DNA from: Octopus vulgaris
Taxonomy: Eukaryota
DNA length: 64,000 bases
Direction of reading: 5' to 3'
Assembly: GCA_951406725.2 (NCBI GenBank)
Contig: OX597818.1
Span: 63,612,001-63,676,000 of the forward strand
Shown here piece by piece: positions 1 through 11,132 of this stretch. The number at the start of each line of letters is the position of its first letter. The stretch's first letter is position 1. A program made the translations under genes and the position numbers. Under the pieces are notes generated by a model that was given only the letters and a program-made list of their open reading frames with translations, was not told where the DNA came from and did no database searches.

Positions 1-2101
1 TACACATGACCAACGGAAAACGATATTCAATTTAAATTTGCGTGTGTCTTAGAGCACGGTATAATTTCTTCACTAATCTATCAATCATTAACGAATCCCA
101 ACGACGCTCCGTCATTTCACGTATCCTACCCATATAATTAGAAATAGTGAATTAATATTCATCTCTATAGAATTTGTAGTAACATCTAGTTGCGTATAAC
201 CCTATATTAATTGGAATTTAGAATAGCATCGATATGATTTTCCCAAAAAAAATTATATATTTTGAAATAATTAACATCATGGGACATCTCTCAAAACAAT
301 GCGTACATTTTGCGGTTTCTATTTAGAATTAATATCGTTGCATGTACTCCGTTAATGACCATCAGTGAAAGAAATAACAAGTTTCACTTTCTCCCCTCGG
401 AAAATATAGCGTAATATCCCGCAGGTTTCTCTATTATTTCTCCTAAATGATTTGTATCTTAAAATTAAAATGCAAAATATTTATAAAACTTGTCAAATAT
501 ACTCCCAGAAGGAAATACATACAGGTAGGTACACTGTTACAGAAATAACGAGAAATGATGAAATATCTGAGAATGAGAATCTAATCATTCGTCTTCTAGC
601 CATTTGAACATCAACATTTATTTCAGCAACATATTACCAATATATCTTTTCTTTTATGTTTTGTGGTGGATATGTTGATAGCCTCATTAATTATTCATAT
701 ATTATACAGATCTAAGCTTGAATCAAAATTTCTCCGCATAATTTCAACTATTTTGCATCAATTATCTTGCATTCGCTAAAAGATTCTAATATTTCTCTTC
801 ACTTCAATGTAGAGTTTCTGTTACAACAAACAATACTGCGGTGGATACGAGAAAAGATCTCATATTGGCTTCTATTTTGTGTTTTTGTGGACGAGACCAA
901 GGAAGGATTAAATTACGTGATTTGGGACTCTCGGCTTCTGTGGATGGCAGGAATTTTTTTACCCTGTTACTAACAACAGTGTATTTTCAACCACAAGCTA
1001 ACATGAGAGTTATTTTCATGGTATCTACTGCAGTGTAACTTGTTCGAATGGAATATGCACTTTTAACTGGAGATAAAAATTACCGCTTGTTACACTGCCC
1101 CTGTTGCTAATATATATTGTTACTAATGTGTTCCCTGTAAGTTTCAAGTTGCATATAATATTGATGTATGAGTGTTATAAGAGGAACGTCAAATATTTTA
1201 ACGGTGCAAACTTTTTTCAAAAAAACACACTCACACTCAAATTCAAGTGTGCATATAGGGACATACAGCTTTGAAAACAAACATATTGAATATAGACAGT
1301 GAGTAAATATTAAATCTGTGCTTAGAAAGTTCCTGTTTTAATCATAACCGTGTGATAAGACCTTGGATTATCTGGAATTATTGGATACATATTCAGAATT
1401 TCAATAAAACGCAATTTATCAGAATCCCAATTCACAGGTTCTTTGCATTCAAAAAGACCAGTTGAACCAATATATAAATATTTTATATAATGTGTTGTTT
1501 GAAGGCATGAAATATCTCCCAATTCTATGGTATAACAATCTATGATATATTTCAGTTCGAAGCACGCCTACATAATATGTAAGAGATAATTAACGAATAC
1601 TATTCTCGGTGGCATCTTACAGAAAATATTTTCAATATTTTGGAACACATACGAGAAGATAACTTAGGCACCAATGTAATTTATGAAATATTAAATATAA
1701 TGAAAATATATTCTTCACTCGATTTAAAATAGAATTATTTAAGTGAAGCGAGAATCAGAAAATACTTAAGCAAAAATTTAAAATTCAACACAAATATATT
1801 TACGCTGCACAGAATCCGTTTTGATATTACGGTTGATATAGTATTTGAAGATAATGTTTGTTCTCTAATATACATCTGTAATCTAATTATAAATTTTACT
1901 TTCTGATGGTGGTTGTATGCTTCAAATATGCAAATATATTATACCCATTTCTTGAGGACATCTTATTTAGGAAACGAAAACGGAAAACATAACAAAAAAA
2001 AATTATCATTTGTATTATACCGGAAAAATATGTTTGATATGCTACAATACATGTTTATGGAGAAATTCTTTAAAGGTATTTCTTTTCTTTTTTCTTTTTT
2101 C

Positions 2102-2465
2102 TTTTACTTGTTTCAGTCATTTGACTGCGGCCATGCTGGAGCACCGCCTTTAGTCGAGCAAATCGACCCCGGGACTTATTCTTTGTAAGCCTAGTACTTA
2201 TTCTATCGGTCTCTTTTTGCCGAACCGCTAAGTGACGGGGACGTAAACACACCAGCATCGATTGTCAAGCAATGCTGGGGGGACAAACACAGACACACAA
2301 ACACACACACATACATATATATACATATATACGACAGGCTCCTTTCAGTTTCCGTCTACCAAATCCACTCACAGAAGACACTTGCCCAAGATGCCACGCA
2401 GTGGGACTGAACCCGGAACCATGTGGTTAGTTAGCAAGCTACTTACACAGCCAATCCTGCGCCTA
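2102..2465 (-). mobile_element. tRNA-headed SINE, family A (abundant octopus-type), with internal deletion
   Basis: Near-identical to the copies at 5197-5599 and 57312-57727. On minus: tRNA-like head with B-box-like GGTTCAGTCCC, CORE-like CTTGGGCAAGT, internal (TA)/(TG) tract and tail ...ATGACTGAAACAAGTAAAAG. Confidence 0.9.
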
Positions 2466-2607
2466 TGGATAGAAATCTACTTAAAATACCTAAATTGGAA
2501 CACAAAACTGAAGGAAATAGGCTAACGAGTAAAGAGACTCTTAGTTCTTAAATAGCTATGTGACTGCAACAAGAAAGTTTCTTTCCGGGCAAGGTTTTTT
2601 TTCTGTT

Positions 2608-2838
2608 TTATGGAAGACCAGCGGCCGGTCATGCATGCCAGCCTCCTCTATCTACATCACTAATGTTCTCGAACGGAAAAGGAAAGGCCGATACAACCTG
2701 GCCCCACTGACGTCGCAACTCATTTTTACAGTTGAGTGAACTGAAGGAACAGAAAATAAAGTGTCTAGCTCAAGAATACAACTCACATCCCGGGCCGGGA
2801 ATCGAACTCACTACAACATGACTGTCAACCCGACACTG
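2608..2838 (-). mobile_element. decayed tRNA-headed SINE (family B-like)
   Basis: Minus strand reads GTGAGTTCGATTCCCGGCCCGG (B box) then TTCTTGAGCTAGACACTTTATTTTC, resembling the copy at 4609-4865. Confidence 0.65.
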
Positions 2839-3100
2839 TGTGCGAACATAAAGAAGGATGCCATGCCCCATTGTGTAAACTTTTGCCTGCCTCCGGATGC
2901 ATGTCACGCGTCAACCTTATATTTCTGATTTCGCACCTGTCAGTGTTTCCTATATGTTTATATCCATAAAAACGCTTCAGAGTCTATTGTATTTAACCAA
3001 GCTCGTAATAGAAAGTTTTCTAGTGCGATTCGAGAAAACCAAAGCGAAATCACGTGGTTGACAAGGCGCTTACATATCTCTAATCTCATACGAAGTTGAA

Positions 3101-3241
3101 ATGATTAATATGATTAATATGAATAATGAATAATGAATAATGAATAGTAATGAATAGTAATGAATAATAGTAATGAATAATAATGAATAATGAATAATGA
3201 ATAATTAATATGAATAATGAATAAGGATTAATATGAATAAA
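3101..3241. repeat. minisatellite of ATGAATA / ATGATTAAT units
   Basis: Direct reading: atgaataatgaataatgaata... with atgaatagta variants. Confidence 0.9.
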
Positions 3242-3593
3242 TGTAGAAGTCTAATACAGATTTCTAATGTTGCAGTTTAATCCCTGGCCGGGTGGATAGT
3301 GCACTTTCGTAACGAAGAAATCGCTTCTGCTCATCTTTGTAATCTGGTCTCTCACATCTGAATCATGCATAAAGTCTTTAAAAATAGCATGCGTTTAGGA
3401 TTTCACTGAGTTGTAGACATCATTGCTTATTCCTAGAAGGGGAAGAGTAACATAAAAGTACCTCACGTATTAATATTATTCTGCTTGTTTCCACATTTCT
3501 GTTGTAAGCAAGCACTTCTGCGAAATTTCAATCATAGAAATTCGTTACGTCACTTCTGACGGCTGACTTCATGCCCATACGGGCACTCTCTTG

Positions 3594-3642
<49 letters not shown>

Positions 3643-3989
3643 GCAAACACCCACAAGTGCTCACACGTACGTAGCGTGAGGGAGGAAAGACGAAGCTGAG
3701 ATCAATTGTAATCTGCAGCCCTGCAACTGATGGCTTGCGGCGATCTCCGATCGAAACGGAATAACGAATGTGATTTATTTTTCAATTGACTAAATACAGC
3801 CTCTCTATAGATGTCGATTCACTGGAGAAACTCTATAACACATTTGTCAGACAGCGTGTTCCCAATATTTTCTCGGGGTTGGAGCTCACAAAAATATCCC
3901 ATAAGCATTTACAAAATAAGGCCTGTGTGTGTTAGATTGTTTCAAGCCATTCCCATGTACATACTTGTACTTGTACGTGTTGCGACATT

Positions 3990-4340
3990 CACCTTGGGCG
4001 GGTTGAGTGGGCTTCTTCTATTCATGGAAAAAGTTTCGTGGGAATATGTGGATTTCACAGGCGGTCCCCAACAATCCCGCATGTGGAGACATCCTGTTTG
4101 CCGCAGATTGTCCGCATACGCTTCTGCTCATCTTAGTAATCTGGTCTCTCACATACGCTGGGACAGAACGACCGAGGAGCCGCCGGTTGCCGAAGCAGAC
4201 ACTCCGAGGATTTTCACCGTCTGCCGGGTTGTGGCCCTAATACCACTCGGTGTCCGACCAATCCGCCTTGGGTGGCCCTACCAGGAACCGAAGTTCTCGA
4301 CGGCATAGCTCTGACACTATCCGTTGCGAGCGTCCCATCA
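3990..4340 (-). mobile_element. probable RTE-clade LINE 5' UTR fragment
   Basis: GC-rich island. Minus strand AGAGCTATGCCGTCGAGAACTTCGGTTCCTGGTAGGGCCACCCAAGGCGGA resembles the motif GAGCTATG...CCTGGTAGGGTCACCCA, which I recall from RTE/Expander 5' UTRs. No ORF recognised. Confidence 0.55.
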
Positions 4341-4608
4341 ATTTACTTCTAATGTTAAAGTAGCATTGTGATGTAGCTATGAATTCATCACAAAATAATA
4401 TCGAAAATAACAACAAAAGAAGAATGTTATCATAACATTTAAACAACTCGCAGAGAAATGGCTCTACGAATGCCAGACAAACCATCAATATAAAAACAAA
4501 TTTCAGTCAATAACTTCGCCATTTTATTTTCACATATATGTGAAAAAAAGCTAAACTTAATGACATAAACTCGTCGCATAATATATGTTCCGTAATATAT
4601 GTTCCAGT

Positions 4609-4865
4609 GGAGGCGCGTGGCTTAGTGGTTAGGGTGTCAGCATCATGATCGTAAGTTTGTGGTTTCGATTCATGGACCGGGCGACGCGTTGTGTTCTTGA
4701 GCAAAAGACTTCATTTCACGTTGCTCCAAACCACTCAGCTGGCGAAAATGAGTAACGATTCGATGGACTGGCGTCCCGTTCAGCTGGGGAGCACATACGC
4801 CTTTGAAACTGGGAAACCGGGCCCATGAGCCTGGCTTGGCTTTAAAAAGGGCGCATTTATTTTTA
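4609..4865 (+). mobile_element. tRNA-headed SINE, family B
   Basis: A box TGGCTTAGTGG, B-box-like GTTTCGATTC, CORE-like TTCTTGAGCAAAAGACTTCATTTCAC and AT-rich tail. Confidence 0.85.
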
Positions 4866-5196
4866 TTATTTAATATATGCTCAACGTTAATTTTTAAAAC
4901 GCACCGCTATTAGAAGGCGAAGGAGTAATACAACACTTGCAGGTTTACGAGGACTAATGAAAATTACATTTACAAGAGACACCTCAAATTGGTGTCTTAC
5001 TGTATTTAAAGCGTTTACCACGATCATAAATCACAGAATATATGATTACAGTAACAAAAGCATGATAATCCTTTATTTCAAATTGAAATAATTCTTGATG
5101 CACACTCCAAAGAGATTATTTCCATCTTGTCTGTATTCTCTTATATTTACAAGGATTTCGTAATTAGACAATCACAAAAGTGTTTACTCTTTTACT

Positions 5197-5599
5197 CTTT
5201 TACTTGTTTCAGTCATTTGACTGCGGCCATGCTGGAGCACCGCCTTTTAATCGAGCAACTCGACCCCAGGACTTATTCTTTTGTAAGCCCAGTACTTATT
5301 CTATCGGTATCTTTTGCCGAACCGCTAAGTGACGGGGACATAAACACACCAGCATCGGTTGTCAAGCAATGATAGGGGGACAAACACAGACACACAAACG
5401 CACACACGCATATATATATATATATATACATATATACGACGGGCTTCTTTCAGTTTCCGTCGACCAAATCCACTCACAAGGCATTGGTCGGCCCGGGGCT
5501 ATAGCAGAAGACACTTGCCCAAGATGCCACGCAGTGGGACTGAACCCGGAACCATGTGGTTGGTTAGCAAGCTACTTACCACACAGCCACTCCTGCGCC
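5197..5599 (-). mobile_element. full-length SINE family A
   Basis: Minus strand starts AGGCGCAGGAGTGGCTGTGTGGTAAGTAGCTTGC; collinear with 57312-57727. Confidence 0.92.
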
Positions 5600-6136
5600 T
5601 TCTATTTCTGCGTTTCTATATTTTGATTTATTATCGCACTTTGTTTGGGCTGATAGACTGAAAGAAATATCATTACTGGAAATTTATATAGCATTTGAGT
5701 ATATGATACGCTTGTTATTTTGTCAGCGGGTAATCCCCTAGCATCAATGCTGATGTTAGAAATAATGTGGAATTCTTATTGTTTTCAATTTCTATTTATA
5801 CATATGCTAGCGGTAAGGTACCGAGGCATATCCTTATAATGTTTGTAATTTGTCAGCGGAAAATTGGATACGAGTAGGATTAATAACGAGCAATACATTT
5901 ACTTAGTAAACATCACAATCTAAAATGCATTCTGTGTGTGTGTGGTGCGCATTGGGCTGAGGAAACAGAAAACATTTGATCGACAATATTAGTGGCTGGT
6001 TCATGTTACGACAACAAACACTCCACGAAACTTACATAATGTTAAATCTCTTTAGATATATGTTTTTCATATTTTGTGCATGCTGCCATTCTACAAAAGA
6101 ATTTGACATGAAAATTCTATAACAAATCACTCTTTT

Positions 6137-6360
6137 ACATTATTTACATTATTTACATTTGACGGATATTTGTCCTCAACTTGCTTGTTTTTAACAGAAC
6201 GTTTCGGCTGATATACCCTCCTGCCTTCATCATGATCAAGGCTGGAGGGTATATCAGCCCAAACGTTGTGTTAACAACAAACAAGTTGAGGACAAATATT
6301 CGTCAATTGTACATACTGTAAATATTGTACATAATTCCTCGTCTCTTAAATATAGAACTT
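6137..6360. repeat. spacerless palindrome of a hammerhead-bearing PLE-type tail (family H1)
   Basis: Arms mirror around 6232/6233 (TCA|TGA) out to about 6137/6328. Each arm carries TGATGA-AGGCTG...CAGCC-GAAACGTT, with point mutations. Confidence 0.85.
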
Positions 6361-6424
6361 TAAAATCATAGTTATATGTTCGTACTTGACGGAATTCGGA
6401 CAATTATGACATTGACATTCTTAC

Positions 6425-6563
6425 GTTATTTATATTATTTACATTATTTACATTTGACAGATATTTGTCCACATCTTGTTTGTTGTTAATATCCGTCAAA
6501 TATAAATTATGTAAATAACGAAAATAATATATATAATTCCTCATCCTTATATATAGAACTGTA
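6425..6563. repeat. second inverted pair of H1 tail fragments
   Basis: tttacatttgacagatatttgtcc...gttaa is joined to tatccgtcaaatataaa...tatagaactgta, the reverse complement of the same tail. Confidence 0.7.
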
Positions 6564-6957
6564 TTGACATTTTTAGTGTAACGTCTGCTAGGCGCCATCT
6601 TCTCTGAAAAAATCTCAGAGACTAAATGATATCTGTTTAAAATATATCATTCCCATCATCCAAAGACAGTAGATACTATGATATATTTTCACCAAACTAG
6701 TGAAACTAAAGCAAGCAACTTGCTACATTGGATTGATGCTTACCGTAAACAGTAGAAAGTGTTCTCTGTACAGTGAATATTTAACGAAAATAATTTTCAT
6801 CCTCAAAAAGATGGCGGATACCTTATATACAAAGTATAACAATTAACACTTATATCCTGTCTGTAGGTTGCATAGAATATTATTGAACTTAACGCAGGCC
6901 ACGCCATCTAGTATATGGATTTGAATTTTGCATCAGTACATTTTATCATATAGACTT

Positions 6958-7202
6958 TTATTCTTTTATTCGTTTCAGTCATTTGACTGCGGTCATGCTG
7001 GAGCACCGCCTTTTAGTCGAGTATATCGATCTCAGGATTTATTCTTTTTAAGCCTAGCATTTATTCTATCAGACGTTTTTATGCCAAACTGCTAAGATAC
7101 AGGGACGTAAACACACCACCATCAGATGTCAAGCGTTGTTGGTTGACAAACACAGATACACACACACACGCACGCACACACAGACACACAGACACACACA
7201 CA

Positions 7203-7245
<43 letters not shown>
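6958..7245 (-). mobile_element. SINE family A, 3' half, ending in (CA)n/(TA)n
   Basis: tttcagtcatttgactgcggtcatgctggagcaccgcc... matches the family A tail. Confidence 0.85.
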
Positions 7246-7255
<10 letters not shown>

Positions 7256-7259
<4 letters not shown>

Positions 7260-8113
7260 CAGAATTGAACAGCCGAAATTTGCTATGATGATTCGGTGTC
7301 TGACTGAAGATTGAAGGCTTCGAATGATTTGTCTGTGTTCCGTGTTCGTCCCTTCCTGTATTTCACGTTCATTATATATAAAAACATTCATTCTTATATT
7401 ATTGCGGCGTTACGTGCACCCCCCCCCCGTTTGTTTGTCCAATTTTAAACCCTGCACGACTTCTATACACACTGTCTTTTACTACCCGCCATTGCTTCTT
7501 CACCAAACTTTTTGGCGCCCTCCGATTCTTCCCCTCTCTTCCTCCCATCCTCCTCCCCTCTTCCTCCCATCCTCCTTAATCCCTTCTTTCTCCTTTTCTC
7601 TTGGTCACTGATTCTGTCCCCTGCCTTCCACCCTCTTTGATTCCCTCTCTCTCTGTCTCTCTTTCTCTCTCTCCTGCGACCTGCTGCTTCTTAAACCATT
7701 CTGTTGGCCTTCGTATCTCGACCAACATGTGTCCCCGCTACCGAAACGGTAATTATTTCTACGCCAGCTATGTTGTTGTTGTGTTTTTGTCTCATTTGGT
7801 CTAAAGTCGTATGACAACCACCGTTATATATATTTTGTTTATTCATTACTGTTTTCAATTTCGTTTTCGTCTCTTGTATTCACATCCGTCTTGTGCGTTC
7901 ACATTCCTGTCTTCTACCAAGAAATCTAATGCTTACAGCTTAGTTTTTTTTCTTGGGGCTGGCCGAGTTGGAGCAAATATCAGAATTGAACAGCCGAAAT
8001 TTGCTATGATGATTCGGTGTCTGACTGAAGATTGAAGGCTTCGAATGATTTGTCTGTGTTCCGTGTTCGTCCCTTCCTGTATTTCACGTTCATTATATAT
8101 AAAAACATTCATT

Positions 8114-8120
<7 letters not shown>
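7256..8120 (+). mobile_element. non-coding 721-bp unit plus identical 144-bp terminal redundancy (partial tandem), inserted in (TA)n; PLE-type non-autonomous element
   Basis: 7256-7399 is identical to 7977-8120 (offset 721). (TA)n flanks both ends; a related copy lies at 27091-27862 on minus. Strand inferred from the RNA structure. Confidence 0.8.
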
Positions 8121-8173
<53 letters not shown>

Positions 8174-8177
<4 letters not shown>

Positions 8178-8380
8178 ATCCAAACAAGAAAGCACAAAAA
8201 AATCACAACGCGAGGGTGTGGAACAAATATATCATTATTGGACGGTCAGGAAAAAAAGAAAGAAGGAGGGTTTAACATTTCGAGCGGAGCTCTTCGTCGG
8301 AAACATAGGAGAGGGAAAGATCCAGAGAAGGGAATACAGAGGAAAAAAACCGACAACGGTACACACGCGGTCACATACAT
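8174..8380 (-). mobile_element. PLE-type terminal fragment (family H2) with minimal hammerhead at 8270-8304
   Basis: Minus: GUUU-CCGACGA-A-GAGC-UCC-GCUC-GAAA-UG-UU-AAAC. Homologous to 27901-28100; abuts (TA)n. Confidence 0.75.
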
Positions 8381-8507
8381 ACATACGACGGGCTTCTTTC
8401 AGTTTCCGTCTATTAAATCTTTGGTCGGCCCGAAGCTATAGTAGAAGAATGCCACACTGTGGGACTGAACCCGGAACCACGTGGTTGGTAAGCAACCACT
8501 CCTGCCA
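8380..8507 (-). mobile_element. SINE family A 5' part, with deletions
   Basis: cgacgggcttctttcagtttccgtc...gggactgaacccggaaccac matches the family A head. Confidence 0.8.
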
Positions 8508-9963
8508 TTATTTTTTGAAGAAGAATAGAGGGGGATATAATTTAGTTTACAATAATAAACATTATATATTTAATATATGAGTATTATATGTTTAAATTTA
8601 TTTGTTTTGTAATTATCGTTTGAAATGTATTGAATTCTTCATTGAAAATAACGATATGCATGCAGGCCTATCGAAGAGAAGCTGGCGTTAACACAATTAC
8701 ATTTTATATAGAAAAAACATCCGATAGAATTTTTTGATGTTTTGTAATATATAAACTTTGAGAAACAAACTATAAGAAGATACATAGGCTGTGGTATTCC
8801 CGATCACAACTTCATAAAGCATAATTATTAGGACTTGTAATGTTGGGTATGGCTTCTATAAAGGGCTAATGGGAGGAAATCCTTTTAAATGTGGTGAAAT
8901 TTGTACCGAAATTGCTTTTTGAAGGAAATGATAAGCATTTGCCCACAGGATAAATTTTAACTATTGTCGAAATTTTAAAGCCAAATACTATATATTTTTT
9001 TAAGACGGAGACAATATATTTTAAAACATACCATCAGAACACAAGCTAAATAAGATATTAGAAAATGAATATTGGCTATTTTGTTACATCTTAAGAAATG
9101 TTATATATTGAAATATTAATTAGAAATATAGACGGTATTACTAACTTAGATATTCGATTAATTTTTTAATTAGAAACTGATATCAAAATAATTTAGCATT
9201 GTAATTCATATGCAAATTGAAAGTTATGGGGGTGGAGTTTAAACCATTTGTCATTTATACTGATTAATGGCAATATATGATATAAGCAAGTATTTATACA
9301 GTTTTGGCGAAACAATTTAATCATAAATTTATATTCAGTGGAGTTGACAACAAAATGACAGAGCATGGCGAACGACTGAATTTCATATCTAAACCAGTAC
9401 GTTATGTATATCACAATACAGTCAAAACAAATGTGAGTGGTTTAGTATGTCATTTATACAGAGTAGTTTCAGAAACCTTCAAAAAATGAAATATTAGTGG
9501 GTAGACTTAAAATAATTTTATCTTTGGAAAACGTTAAAATATTGATATATATGAATCCATAATATACATCAATATCAATAAAATGGCAATAGGTCAGTTA
9601 CAACTTAGTTAAAAATTGTAATAAATAATACTGTTAAAAGAACAGAAGAAAATGTTGATATTGTTAGCAAAATTTGTAGTTTAAAAACGCACAATTTTAC
9701 TAAACACTAAATATATAATGGATTAAAATAATACAATCAGTTATGAAGGATATTTTGGAAAAATAAAATACATTCATGACTAAAAGTTGTTTCTAGGGGA
9801 TGGTCGAGAGATGGGGTTAATATTAACGCATAAACTTTGAATTTACATTTACATAGAATATAGCAAAAGTTTGGAGAAATGTGTTATCCAATGGCTAATT
9901 CAGTTAATACAGTTCTATATTTAAGAGATGAGAAATTATGCATTATTTACATTATATATATAC

Positions 9964-10044
<81 letters not shown>

Positions 10045-10277
10045 TATACATTAAATTAGAGATAAAACCACTATTAGGCAAATCAAACAGTGAAAACATA
10101 AAATTAAAAATAAGTAATATAATATACAAAATATATAAAATATAACAATTTTAAATTTAAATTATTAATTTATATTTATAATTTTTTATATCTTTTGAAT
10201 ATCTAAAAAAATTTAATTAATAAATTTTTAAACATTTAAAAAAAATATATAACTATCAAAAAGTATTAAAAAGTTTA

Positions 10278-10322
<45 letters not shown>

Positions 10323-11052
10323 TAGTACTTTTTACATTTTTATACATCAAACATAAGAACTATATCAAACTCTTTTTTTGTTCCACAAGTCAAATATTCT
10401 CCGGCTTTAACACATATCACATTTTCTTTTTATCTCAGGTGTATATAGTGAATTCCAAACTGTTACACGCATTTACCAATCTATTATATATGTTTAGCAA
10501 GTTTTACTGCTTGGAGATTCTGCAGTGGATGAAGGGCAGGTTCTTCTCTCAGAGCGAAATCATAAAAATATACGACAAGACGATGTGTTGTTCATTATAA
10601 AGATTCCAATACGATTGTCACAAGCAGAATATAAATTTATATAATCAAGAAAATGGTAATTTTAATTCTATCTTCAGATCATGGAAGCATTCTGCACAGA
10701 TACGACATCACTACATCTAGTAAGCAGATTGTGAATTCAAGGCTCTTTTAAAATCAGAGAGAGATGATTAATAATAAGCTATCGTACTGAAATTGTAAAA
10801 ATATTAAATTAAGTATAAATTGATGTAGAACGGTTTTCCAATTATTTTGAAGATTTCGTAATTATTATAAACTTCCCTGAGATTTTGGTGTAAAAGAAAA
10901 GAAGCATATATAATAAAAATGGAGGAAGAGAAAGTTGAAATATTGCCCGTTTGCAAAACGATTTCATATTTGAATAATTGCATATTCCCGCTTAATTATG
11001 TAATGGATGTAAACTATTGAGGTGGATATTAGTGCTTGAAAGTACTTCCCAT

Positions 11053-11132
11053 AACGTGCGTACTTGAAAACGTGTGTACTTGAAAACGTGCGTACTTGAA
11101 AACGTGTGTACTTGAAAACGTGTGTACTTAAA
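11053..11132. repeat. 16-bp tandem repeat AACGTGYGTACTTGAA x5
   Basis: Copies start at 11053, 11069, 11085, 11101 and 11117. Confidence 0.95.

Noticed and set aside
767-1038. Two overlapping short plus-strand ORFs
   Set aside because: No recognisable protein family in any frame and no convincing donor site; kept only as context for the RNA duplex.
1322-1560. ~80-codon open minus frame
   Set aside because: No motif recognised and no splice support I can defend.
3811-4308. 165-aa ORF
   Set aside because: Runs antisense across a GC-rich repeat fragment; no domain similarity.
5957-5975. CTGAGGA...GAAA
   Set aside because: No stem II, stem III or stem I pairing; chance match.
7304-7326. CTGAAGA...CGAAT as a hammerhead core
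   Set aside because: GAAA is GAAT in both relatives and no stem III/UH/stem I can be drawn; treated as part of the unassigned structure.
10501-10527. VLLLGDSAV, resembling a Rab P-loop start after a TTTAG
   Set aside because: The essential GKS/T is replaced by DEG and no other G motifs follow.
11053-11132. CRISPR-like array
   Set aside because: Contiguous tandem units with no spacers, in a eukaryotic context with no cas genes. The same applies to the 184-bp SINE trimer.
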